64,000 bases of DNA. Origin: the human T2T-CHM13v2.0 reference genome, Homo sapiens. How positions within the stretch are numbered: the first letter of the stretch is position 1; the number at the start of each line of letters is the position of its first letter. The position numbers were made by a program, and so were the translations under genes. The stretch lies in NCBI RefSeq assembly GCF_009914755.1, contig NC_060936.1. One strand, written 5' to 3'. Positions 42,850-54,472 of the stretch are shown piece after piece. Under the pieces are notes generated by a model. It saw only the letters and a list, made by a program, of their open reading frames with translations. It did no database searches and had not been told where the DNA came from.

Positions 42850-43402
42850 GTTGGGGCTTTATTGAAAATGAACTGAAAATGGGCAGATTAATAGGAGAAA
42901 TAAAGGCATATAAAATTATTTTAACATGCATAGCATGAGGGACTCACAGAAGGATTACCTAGTAACCTAACGTGGTACAGATGCTTATTTATATACCCTT
43001 CTTCATATGCGGAGATGAGAAATGTAAACAGTTCTTTTGAGGGGTTGTAAATAATTATTAGGAAGCACTAATAGACCTGGGGAGACAGAAATAACTTGTA
43101 AATAATTCCCTCTGGAATTTGAATAAACCCAGGAGGCAGATACTATGTTGTAAAAAAGTCTGTCCAGGTATGGTTGCCTTCTTCAGTCTTCTTTTTTGAA
43201 ACAAATAATAGATTTCACGGAGGAGATGGAAGTCAAATGTGTTCCTCTCTGAGGTTCTAGTTTCTAGTTACGTAAGGGAGCTTCAGAGAATAACCTTACC
43301 CTATTGATGGGGGAGAGTGAAGGTTCAAAGAGACCTTGAATCTGCTTTAGTGCAGGATGTCAAAGCCACACTTTTCAAGGCATTGTTTCGTGTTCCCCAA
43401 CA
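42850..43402 (-). mobile_element. ERV1 LTR (MER34/MER39 group)
   Basis: Reverse complement begins tgttgggg..gaaacaatgcc..ctttgacatcctgcactaaagcag..tcaaggtctct. ggcagattaataggagaaa lies near the other end. Confidence 0.7.
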
Positions 43403-44390
43403 GGAGCATGTCAGATCTCGAGGAAGCTATTTATAATACATTATAGTTGGGTGAATGTGGTTTTGGCAGCATGCAAAATAGTTGCATTAAGTTAGGCAGA
43501 AGCACCTTTAATTATGCAACGAATGATGTATATGGATATTGTGCAGCAAAAGTGATAAGCTACTGTGAATTTTTTACTGTTTTTGTCCAGTACCTGAACA
43601 CTTTTCTCTGCTTCTTTCACACCTTGGCATATATAATAGCTCATCAGTTTGTGACAAAAGCTAAGCCAATCACACCGTGCTAACTGATGTAGCCTGGAGT
43701 GAATATTCAACCTTGATTCTGGTGTTAGTAACACCAAAAAGTAGTGACAGTTAAGAATTTTTTCTACCAACTATTACTCTGACCATCAGAATCTGGAGTA
43801 TACTGAAGACAATGACACCAGAATCATAAAGTCCATCAATGCTCTATTATCTCCTGATGATGATTATGCTGGCTGTGCCTGTCAGTCATTTGTACCCCAG
43901 CGTGAAGAGTGGTGGTCTGGAGGTATTTGAGAGATCTCTCTGTGTTCTCAACCTTTCTCTCTTTCCTCCCACTTTCTGAAGTTGATTTACTAGGCTTTCA
44001 GTGAAATCTGTGAGGTTCATGTTATTCATCTAATAATCAATCTTCTAACTACATTAATTGGACTTAATTTCTGTAATTTGCAACTAAGAACCAGGATAGC
44101 ACGTTTATTGACTGAGACTAATGTGTGCGGGTTGGTTAGGGGAATTCAAATAAATCTGAAAAGTTCTGCAAGAGAAAAGTTGACTATGGCGAAATAAAAA
44201 TAATTGGCCTGAGATTTTCTGACTAACAAGACAACACTGATTTCTAAGTCAACCCAAATGAAACATTTGCATGAATTTTTAAGCATTTCCATAGCTTCAA
44301 TTTATTGGGCAATTGTCACACCCTTCAAAATTTATGTCAGACTGATATCTGGAAGTCTAGATTTAAAAAAAACTGTTAAGAAGATGAATT

Positions 44391-45869
44391 CTGGATAACA
44401 GGCAGAGGTTAGAACAGTTTGGAAGGCTCAGAAAACAGGAAAATGTGGTTAAGTTTGGAACTTCCTAGAAACTTTGAGGACTCAGAAGACAGAAAGATGT
44501 GAGAAAGTCTGGAACTTCCTACAGACTTATTGAATGGCTTTAACCAAAATGCTGATAGTGACATGAACAATGAAGTCCAGGTTGAGGTGGTCTCAGATGG
44601 AGATGGAGAACAGGAGTAAGAGTTACTCTTGCTATGCAAAGAGACTGGTGGCATTTCATCTCTGCCCTAGAGATCTGTGGAACTTTGAAATTGACGGAGA
44701 TGATTTAACATTTCTGTCAGAAGAAATTTCTAAGTAGTAAAGCATTCAAGAAGAAGCAGAGCACAAAAGTTTGGAATATTGCAGTCTGATGATGCAATAG
44801 AAAAGCAAGCCCCATTTTCCAAAAAGAAATTCAGACTGGCTGCAGAAATCTGCATAAGTAACAAGGAGCTGAATGTTAATCACCAAGACAATGGGGAAAA
44901 TATCTTCAGGGTATATCAGAGACAGCCACAGCAGCCCATCCCATAACAGGCCTAGGAGAGAAAAATGGTTTCATGAGTCAGGCCCAGGGTCCCTGTGCCC
45001 TGTGCAGCCTTGGGACACGGAGCCCTGTGTCCCAGCTGCTCCAGCTCCAGCCGTGGCTAAAAGAGCCTAATGTACAGCTTGGGCTGTTACTTCTGAGGGT
45101 GTCAGCCCTAAGCACTGGTGGCTTAGACACGGTGTTGAGCCTATGGGTGCAAAGAAGTCAAGAATTGAGGTTTGGGAACCTCTGCCTAGATTTTAGAGGA
45201 TGTATGGAAATGCCTGGATGTACAGGCAGAAGTGTGCTGCAGGGAAAGAGCCCTCATGAAGAATCCCTACTAGGGCAATGCAGAAGGGAAATGTGGGGTT
45301 GGAGCCCCCACACAGAGTCCCCAGTGGGGAACTGCCTAATGGAGCTGTGAAAAGAGGCCACTGTCCTCCAGACCTCAGAATGATAGATCTACCTACAGCT
45401 TGCACCTGTGTGCCTAGAAAAGCTGCAAGCACCCAACACCAGCCCATGAACAAAGTCACAGGGTCGGAGCTACCCAACACCATGAGAGCACACTTCTTGC
45501 AACAGCATGATTTGGATATGAGACATGGAGTCAAAGGTGATTATTTCAGAGCTTTAAGATTTAATTACTACCTCACTGGATTTTGGACTTGCATAGGGCT
45601 GGTAGCCCTTTTGTTGTGGCCAATTTCTTCCATTTGGAACAGGCATTTACCCAATGCCTTTACCTGCATTGTATCTAGGATGTAACTAACATGCTTTTGA
45701 GTTTTACAGGTTCATAGATGGAAGGGACTTGCCTTGTCTCAGATAAGACTTGGGACTTGGTCTTTTGGGTTAATGCTGAAATGATACAAGATTTTGGGGG
45801 ACTGTTGGAAGGGCATGACTGTGTTTTGAAATGTGAGGACATGAGATTTGGGAGGGGCCAGTCGGGGAA
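44391..45869 (+). mobile_element. MaLR internal region (THE1-int), lacking the 5' LTR
   Basis: aacaggcagaggtt..gaacttcctaga, aatgctgatagtga, ccctagagatctgtggaactttgaa, ggagcccccacacagagtcccca, atgagatttgggaggggcca. The ORFs at 44.4-45.9 kb derive from it. Confidence 0.93.
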
Positions 45870-46248
45870 TGATATGGTTTGCCTTTGTCCCCACCCAAAT
45901 CTCATCTTGAATTGTAGTTCCCATAATCCCCACATGTCATGGGAGAGACCCGGTGGGAGATAATTGAATCATGCGGTCAATTTTCTCCATGCTATTCTCA
46001 TGATAGTGAGTAATTTCTCACAAGATCTGATGGTTTTATAAGGGGCTTACCCTTTCACTCAGCTCTAATTTTTCTCCTTGCTGCCATCATGTGAAGAAGG
46101 ACATCTTTGCTTCCCCTTCTGGCATATTTGTAAATTTCCTGAGGCCTCCGGAGCCATGCTTAACTGTGAGTCAATTAAACCTCTTTCCTTTATAAATTAC
46201 CCAGTTTGAGGTATGTCTTTATTGCCAGCATGAGAACAGACTAATACA
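45870..46248 (+). mobile_element. THE1C/D 3' LTR
   Basis: tgatatggttt..gtccccacccaaatctcatcttgaattgtagttcccataatcccca..gagaacagactaataca. Confidence 0.93.
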
Positions 46249-46860
46249 GTGCACAGTTAATTTTACCAGTGGGTTATATAACTTCTAATGTTTTCTTTTT
46301 GTACATAATTTTTGTTTGTTTGTTTGTTTTCAGTTTGAAGAATTTTCGTTAGCATTTTGTGTAAAATGGGTCTGGTGGTGAATTTTCTAAGTTTTTGTTC
46401 GTCTGGAAAATACTTTATTTCTCCCTCATACTTGAAGGGTAACTTTGCTGTATACAGTATTCTTGTATGGCAGTTTTTGTTGTTGTTGTTGTTATTGTTG
46501 TTTTGGTTTTTGTTTTTTGTTTTAGGACTTTGAAAATGTCATTCCACTCCCTTCTGGCCTGTATGGTTTCTGTTGAGAAATCTGTTGCCAAATGGTTGGA
46601 GCTCCTTTATTTACTGCTTTTTTCTTTTCTTCTGCCTTTAAGATCCTCTCTTTGTGCTTGACCTTTGAGAGTTTGATTATTTTATGCTTTGGGGTAGCCT
46701 AATTTGGTGTTTGACCTTCCTGTAACTATATACTTATATTTTTTCTTAGGTTTTAGAAAGCACTTTGTTGTTCTCTTGAGCACCAATAATTCTTAGATGT
46801 AGTCTTCTCAGGTAATTTTCTATAATTTTTAAATGAACTTTCCTCCTTTCCATTCTTCTG

Positions 46861-46902
<42 letters not shown>

Positions 46903-48281
46903 AGATGAGGTCTCACTCTTGTCACCTAGGCTGGAGTGAAGTGGTTTAGTCCTAGCTCACTTCAGCTCCAAACACCTGTGTTCAAGCAATTCTCTCACCT
47001 CAGGCTCCTGAGTAGCTAGGATTATGGGCATGTGTTACCATGCCCAGGTTTTGTCTGTCTGTTTTTGTAGTGACAGGCTTTTAACCATGTTGGCCAGGCA
47101 TTTTAAAATCCTTTTATTTTCCTTTTTTTATTTCTCTCACTGTGTATTTTCAAATAGCCTATCTTCAAGCTGACTGATTTTTCTTCTGCTTGATCCACTC
47201 TGCTGTTGAGAGCCTTCATACAATTTTCAGTTCAGCAAATATGTTTCTGATCTCCCAGATTTTTTTTTAATTATTTTAATGTCTGTTAGTTGTCTCATAA
47301 AATTCTGAAGTTCAGCTTTTATATGTTATCTTGGAGTTCACTGTTTCTTTAAGGCTGCTGTCTTGAATTTTTGGTTGGAGAGCTCACAAATCACCATCTC
47401 ATTAGGGTCAGTTACTGGTTCCTTGCTTTGTTTATTTAAGGAGATCATAGTTTTGTTTGTTGATGTTCCTCATGAATGTACATCTATAGCTTTGCATTAA
47501 ATGATTCATTATTTATTCCATTTTCTGTCTCTGGCTTGTTTTGTTTTTTATTGGCGATATTTGCTTAGGGATTCTTTACTTCAATGTTTCTGCCTCCTTT
47601 TTGGTTCTAGATGGTGCATTAATACTGCTTTAAGATCAGGTTTGCCTGAGATCTAGGAAAGGATTAAAGTGCTACCCCTTGCAAATAGGATACATCCCTA
47701 AGGGGATATCCTGAAAGTGTGGGAAGGCTGGCTAGAAGTTCATGCCCAGGGCATGGGTAGAACGTATCTACTACAGCATGGTGTTGATGAGCAGCAAATC
47801 TGATTTGGGATCTCTTTGGCTGAGTTAAACAGTAGAGTTTCAAGGGCCAGGGATGTTGATCCATTTCCTCACTTTGTTTCTGTCCTCAGGAATATTTCTG
47901 CCTTCCAGCACTGACAATGCTTCCCATGGGTTGAGGCAGGGATTGGTCTCCTGCCAAAGAACCCAAGATGGTAGAAAAGATAGGTGTCCACCTCAATCAC
48001 ACTTTTACCAATGCAGCAACCATGAATTAAGGAAAACTTTCTGCCCATTTATTTCCAGGCAGATTTGGAGGAGGGGTATTGTGGATATACAAGTCCAATT
48101 CTTTTCCTGTCTGCTTGGAGTTTTTTTCACTTTTTCGTGGCCCCAGGAACTGTGTCCTCTCCATATCTGAGTTCTGGGATATTGCTGGTGATAATTTTAG
48201 CACTGTATATTTGTTTTTGCTTTTCTATAAGGCGGGAAGTAAAATCAGTTTGTTTCTATACTGTCATTTTGAAAATGGAAG
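46249..48281 (-). mobile_element. Old L1 (L1M2-M4) 5'UTR and ORF1, antisense
   Basis: actttgctgtatacagtattcttg, ccactcccttctggcctgtatggtttctgttgagaaatctg, gtatttcaaatagcct..tcttcaagc. L1 5' terminus-like ctgtcattttgaaaatggaag at the right end. Confidence 0.82.
46864..47100 (-). mobile_element. 5'-truncated AluJ with a pure T38 (A38) tail
   Basis: T run 46864-46901, then tgagatgaggtctcactc..ctagctcac..cctgagtagctagga..ccatgttggccaggc. Confidence 0.9.
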
Positions 48282-48437
48282 GTTGATTCTCAACTTATAA
48301 AAAAATTGTGCAAATGTAAGCAACCATTGTTTTTTCTCAAAATCATTCCTCAGGAATGAGGAGGTTGCCTTATTTTTGAGAATTTACTTAGGCTTTCACA
48401 TTATAGAGCATATTTTTCAATTGTTTGAAATATTATG

Positions 48438-50045
48438 GAGTCATTTTGTCTTATCACTAGGTCATATTACAGAGGGGCAGCAGGAGCTGTATTATGTATA
48501 TTACATATGTAATAGTGTATGATATTACAATGAGAGATACAATCAATCATCTGACAACTTGGTTATAAGATGTCTGCCAGTACTCCAATTCTACCATTAT
48601 GCTTATTGGAAATAACAGTAATTTAGAATCTAGAAGAGAAGTAGACAGAGAAGGTAAAACTTTTGCGTAAGAACATGGACTTAACTTCATTAAAACTTCT
48701 GCTAAGATTGCTTGCAATGTAGAAGAGGCATTTCTTAACGAAAGAAATTTATAAACAAAATCCAAGAAGGAGTCTCTCACATTGATAATGGGGCAAATAG
48801 CATTAAAATTGGCCCTCAGCATGCTGCTGCTATGCAACACATACAGGTTATCAGAGAGAGCAGCAGGTCAGGAAATGCTGCCATTAACTCTGTTTTTACA
48901 GTCTAGCTGCCCGAATGGGGTCCACTCACTTATTCTTTCATCCTTTGCCTCCTGCTCAGTTGATACATGAAACTATTTAAAACGGCTTTACGTCTCAGAA
49001 GAATTTAATCCTTCAAAGTAATATAATTTTGAATAAACGGTTAATGTTCATTTTAAGATGGATTTTAGAGTTTGTAGTCATATGTATTTACAGTTAATTT
49101 CTAAGTCAATTTATAATTATTTTTGTTAAATGTTGTCTTGTGGCATTAGCTATGACCTGAATTGTATTAAATGTTACAAAGTCATCCTGCATATTTTAAA
49201 TTGGTTTGTGCAGTTAGGTTTCCCAAATCCTGTGGTTAGTTAATGCTTAGAATTATAGAACTGCCCTCAAAAAGTCTGTCAATTTTCAAGGATATAAAGA
49301 AAAACAGGATTCTTTTAATTCTAGATTGATCATTTACTTTCTGTATGTAAAGTTTAATAACCTGCTTGGTGTAATTTACTAATGAATTTTTTAATGTATT
49401 TGCATGAATTCCATACTGTTTAGAGCTTAAAGCTACAGAAACATTGTTAGAAATTACTTGGACACTGAATTTTAAATTTTTTAACATTGTTAACAAGCAT
49501 GCTCATCTTTTCTTGTCACTAGTCTGATAAAAATACCCTTAATTTATATTTTGAAAGGCTTTAAATATGTTAACCTGTTTTAATGCCTACAGTTTGCTAT
49601 TTGTGCACAATTTCTTTAGATCTTTGGGTAAACACACAAGATAATGAGTAAAAAGGGAGCAAGCAAAAAAATTTCTACATCTTAGCAACTTCAAGAGGAA
49701 TGAGTATCCACATTTAGATGACACATTATAAGTACGTTCATCTTTCCTTAGACGAACATTATCTTTTTCTTTTATTCACATGATTTCTAACGCATTTTTC
49801 ATTCTGGACAGCTTTGAAACCTTGGTGTACAGTGACTGTGTAAAATTTGTCTTTCAGTAGCAATCTCTATAACGTTTAAAATACAGTAAGCATCTTTTCT
49901 GTTTTGAAAGGAATATGATAATAAATCTACTATATGAAAAATCTTGTTAAAAAGTAGAAAAGCTTTAGTAATTTACTTATTGTAGTGGCTTTATTTTTGT
50001 TTTTTCTCCCTTGGTCTATAAAGAAAGTGCATTTTTTCCTTCCAC
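48438..50045 (+). pseudogene. RAB2A: Processed pseudogene of RAB2A (symbol is the parent gene): 5'-truncated CDS remnant 48438-48887 plus about 1.15 kb of 3'UTR
   Basis: Translates [92 protein letters not shown]/..[18 protein letters not shown], matching RAB2A ([49 protein letters not shown]). No introns. Stops at 48566 and 48668, plus frameshifts. Downstream sequence resembles the RAB2A 3'UTR as recalled (ctagctgccc, ctcacttattctttca, gagcttaaagctacagaa). The 3' boundary is approximate. Confidence 0.93.
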
Positions 50046-50394
50046 AGGAAAGTACAATATTTATATTATCTATAATTGAACTAAAACATATTGATATAAA
50101 GTTTGTGCATCTGCATATGTTTCATGTTATATTACATTAAAATATAAAAATATAGAATTACAGTACCTATAACTAAAATGATATTTTCAAGTAGGTAATA
50201 TTACTATTTTTAGGATTTTATTTTGCTGGTGTATCATTGTTTATTTGATCATTACCTTGAGAATTTATCCTGAATTTTTATCTTTTTTGTTATTATAGTA
50301 CATACTGAATTGAACATAATTATAGGAATAGCTCTATGAATATTAATAATTATGTCTTTGAAATAAATATCTAAAATTAGTATTAAGTCAAAAA

Positions 50395-52105
50395 TCATTT
50401 TCTTTTCATAGCATTATTGAGATACAATTACAATCAATATACTCCATCAAGTTGTACAACTTGATAAGAATTCATATACATATACCGTTATATATTTAAT
50501 ATACCCACTATATATATTTCCATTTTACATATATACACACACACACACACAGATATATGTACATACATATTAAATCAACACCAAAATCTAGTTAATGAAC
50601 ATACTCATTTTCCCCAAAAGGGCCCTTGTGACCATTTTAAGTCATGTAGTTTGTTTTTTTTGTCTGGTTTCTTTCGCCTGGTATAATTATCATAAGAGTC
50701 ATTCATGTTGTTGTGTATTTCAGCAATACATTTTTATTCATTCCTGGTTAATTTATCACCATGTGACTATACCACAGTTTATTCATATATTTACTTATTG
50801 ATGAATATTTCGATTGCTTCCAGATTTGGGTTATTAAAAATAGAACTTCTATGAATATTTCAATACAAATATTTATATGGGCATATGTTTTTATTTCTCT
50901 TGGGCAAATAACTACCTAGGAGTGGTAGGGCTGGATCATGTATTATAATGAATGTCTATAACATGCAGTAAATGAAAATAATGGCACTCTGTTTTCCAAA
51001 ATGGTTGTACCATTTTACATCTCAACCAGCAGTATACGAAAGTTCTACTTTCTCTCCATCCTCATCAATGCTTAGAATAAAAATTCTTTTAAATTTTAGC
51101 TCTAATAATGTGTGCATAGCTATATATAATTGTGATTTCCATTAGCACTTCTTTAATAACTAATGATATCAAGCATCTTCTCATGTGCTTATTTGCTATC
51201 TTTATAAAGTATCTGTTCAAATTATGTCCCAAATTAGTGGTGGCAGGACAAGTCTTTGTTCTTATTAATGAGTTTTGACAGATTTTTATAATATATTCTG
51301 GATATATCCTTTATCAGCTAAATAATTTCCAAATATTTTCTCATAGTTTGAGCCTTGTATTTTCATGCTTTATGAATACAACTTGAATATCAGAAGATTT
51401 TCATTTTGAAAGTGAAAATATGCTATTCTTCTATATGAATCTTGTTTTTATATTCACATGCAAGAAAAATTTACCTAACCCAAGGTTGCAAAATGTTCTT
51501 TCCTCTTTTCTTGTGGAAATTGTATATCTTAAATTCTTTATGTAGATCTATCATCCATTTTGAGTTAATTTTTATATTTTGTGGTAGCTATGGATAGAAA
51601 AGCATAGATTTTAACTGAATGTGAATTCATTCACACTATATTTTGAAAAGCATGTTTTTTCTTACTAAATTGTCTTTGCATCACTGTTGAAAATCATTTT
51701 TCTATATGAATCTAGTTATGCATATTTTCTACTCCATTGACCAATTTGTCTATCAGCGTGGACATACCAAAATTTCTTGATTACTGAAGTTTTATAACTA
51801 GTCTTGAACTAAGGTAATATTAGTCTTCCAAGTTTTTTTTTTAATTTTCTTTGGCCAAATTTCTGATTCTTGGATTTGAATATAAATTTTTGAAACAGCT
51901 TTCCAATGTTTACAAAATAACCTTTGCTGGGATTTTGAATGGCTTCACACTATAACTTTAGATAAATTTGGAAGAATTGAGAGCTTCAAAATACTGAATT
52001 TTCTTAACAATGTACACGCTTGTTCATATTTTTATTTTTTCTTAGTACACAGGTTTGCATATTTTGTCAGATTTATCTCTAATGTTTCATACTTTGATGC
52101 TATTA
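50395..52105 (-). mobile_element. Old L1 (L1MC/MD/ME) 3'UTR and ORF2 end, antisense
   Basis: ttattgagatacaatt, gttttccaaaatggttgtaccattttacat, ccattttgagttaatttttata, tttgctgggattttga. Confidence 0.85.
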
Positions 52106-52109
52106 CATA

Positions 52110-53168
52110 AATAGAAGTTTCCCATATACTTGCCCAGCTTCTTGCAATGATATTTTACATAATACATTATCAAAATCAGGATATTGACATTGATATAATA
52201 CTATAACTAAACTACAGAACTTATTTGAAGAGCAACAGTTTTTGCATGCCCACATTTTTTCCCCATTGTTGTTGCAGTTCAGTTCTGTGAAATCTATTTT
52301 GGTTTATCACATGCTGTTACATAGTTCTATGAAACGTTACCAAAACAAAAGAATACGGTATTGTTCAATCATCACAAAGAAACCTCCTTGTGTTTTTGTC
52401 CCTTAGTCATACCGGTTCCCAATGCTAACTTATGGTAAGCACTGATATGTTCTCTATTATTATAATTTCGACATTTTCAGAAAGATGCATCATGTACTAT
52501 ATAGCCTTAAGATATTGCTTTTTTGTCCTCTTCATAATACCTTTCATGTCCATCCAAGTTGTTGTGTATATCAGTGATTCATAATTTTCATTGCTGAGTA
52601 AAAAGCCACTGCATGGCTGTATCAGGGTGTATCCATTGGTCAATTGAAGAACATTTAGGTCTACTTCCATTTTTTATCTAGTAAAAATAAAGCTGTGTTG
52701 GACATGTTTTTGTTTGTGAATATAAGTTCTAATTTTTCTACAAAAATACTCGGGAGTATGATTGCTAATTCACATGGTTAAGTGTATGTTTAACTTTACA
52801 AGAAAATGTCGAATTGTTTTCCAGAATGGCTGTACTCTTTTACATACCACCAACCATGTATGAAATATTCATTTGACCTAAATTCTCACTAGCACTTGGT
52901 ATTGTCATTATTTATTTTAGGTGCCATATCACTTTGGATTTAATTTTCATTTCTCTAATAGCTGATGAGTTTCAACACCTCTTCACATGCTTACTTGCCC
53001 TCCATGTAACTTCTTTCAATTTGCTAGACCATTTTCTAATTGATTTGCTTTTTACTTGTGGTGGAGTTTATACAATTTATTATACATTCTCCATAAAAGC
53101 CTTTCGTCAAATATGTAATTAGAAAATATTTTTCTGCAGGCTATCTTCTGTTTTCATCCTCTTAACAG
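52110..53168 (-). mobile_element. Second old L1 (L1MC-like) 3' region, antisense
   Basis: tatcaaaatcaggatattgacattgata, catccaagttgttgtgtatatca, gttttccagaatggctgtac. Confidence 0.75.
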
Positions 53169-53329
53169 ATTATAATCTGTGAAATGTAAGTTTAAATGCA
53201 GTGTAAGAGTATTAGGATAAAGAAAATGCAATGAACTAATGTAATAAATCAAATGTACCAATAAGCATGCCCTTAGAAGAGAATCTCATCTCCCATCTCT
53301 TATTTATTCCAATTATACATAAATTTAGG

Positions 53330-54472
53330 CTGCTTGAAGTTGTCATACAGCTTACTGAAACTTTAATATTTTGTATATGTTTTATTTTATACAGTGCCTA
53401 TGTTATGACTTAAATTTTTCTAATCTTTTTTTTCACTGTTCAGATAATTTTTCAAATCTTTATGTAATCTACTGTTAATCACACTGAATATGTTGTTCAC
53501 CTCATACATTACAGTTTTTGTCTCTAAAGCCCCATTTGTGTCTTTAAAACATGTTCTATGATTCTACTTAGCATTCTGAACATATGGGATAATGACTAAC
53601 TTAATATTCCTATCTCTTTACTTTTGTGTTAATTCTGGATCAGTTTTAATTGGTTAAGTTTTAAACTTTCCTTATGAACCACATTGTCTTGCTTGCTGGC
53701 ATGCCTAAATAATTTTCCTATATTCTAGTATATTATAGTATTGGAACTTACATTCCAATATTTTAAATGCTGTCTTATTGGATGCTAGATATTTTTGTTT
53801 ACCTATTCTTGAGCTTTGTTCTAGGACACAATTTGTGTACTTGTCAACAGTTTTATTCTTTCTGATGTGCTTTTAAATTTGCTTGACAGGACCAAGGCAG
53901 TGTTTAGTAAAGGGTGAATAATTCCCCACAGTTGAGGCAAGACTTTTCTGTGTACTCTATTCCATCCTCCATAAGTTAATAATTTTTTCAGGACTTGTGG
54001 AAATAGGTATTATTTATGGCCTTCTAGGAGAACCACATGCCATTTTCTCTAGTCCTTCCCTATGATTCCTTTCCTTGGGTGCTTTCCTCATAAGAATGCA
54101 CTCTCCTGAATACTTTAGGAGGTTCCCTACAAATATCCAGGGTTCTTTCTTTTTTAAGTGCTCGCCTCTGTTTTTCTGTCCAATAATTTGGATTTTTTAT
54201 TCTCCTTGAATTTTCAGCCCCACATCCTAACTAAGGTTGTCTGCCAAACTCTTTCATGGTTTCTCCTCCATGTTGAGATCTGGAAACCCTCTCAGTAAAG
54301 TCAGCTGGACAAATATTAAGGCTCACCATTTTTTATTCCTGCCTTTTAGGTAATATTATCTTTTACTGCCTAATAACTATTTTTTTAACCATCACTTCAA
54401 ATATTTGGACTGGTGCTTAGTTGTTTCAGACAAAATGATAATTCTAGTCCCTGTTGTACAATCTTGGCCAAC
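53330..54472 (-). mobile_element. Very old L1 (L1ME-type) 5' region, antisense
   Basis: cttgagctttgttctaggacaca, gaggcaagacttttctgtgtactcta, terminal tagtccctgttgtacaatcttggcca. Confidence 0.6.

Noticed and set aside
44417-44525. Tandem repeat of about 52 bp at the start of THE1-int
   Set aside because: As I recall, this duplication (..gaacttcctaga.. twice) is common in THE1 internal sequences, so it is not locus-specific. Not verified against Dfam.
44409-45963. Cluster of overlapping 65-135 aa ORFs resembling a compact operon
   Set aside because: All lie inside THE1-int or its LTR. The higher GC content lowers stop-codon density, so these are decayed MaLR sequence, not genes.
48547-48970. 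ORFs of 97 aa (-) and 62 aa (+) over the RAB2A pseudogene
   Set aside because: They are antisense or out-of-frame readings. The RAB2A-homologous frame is broken by stops and frameshifts.
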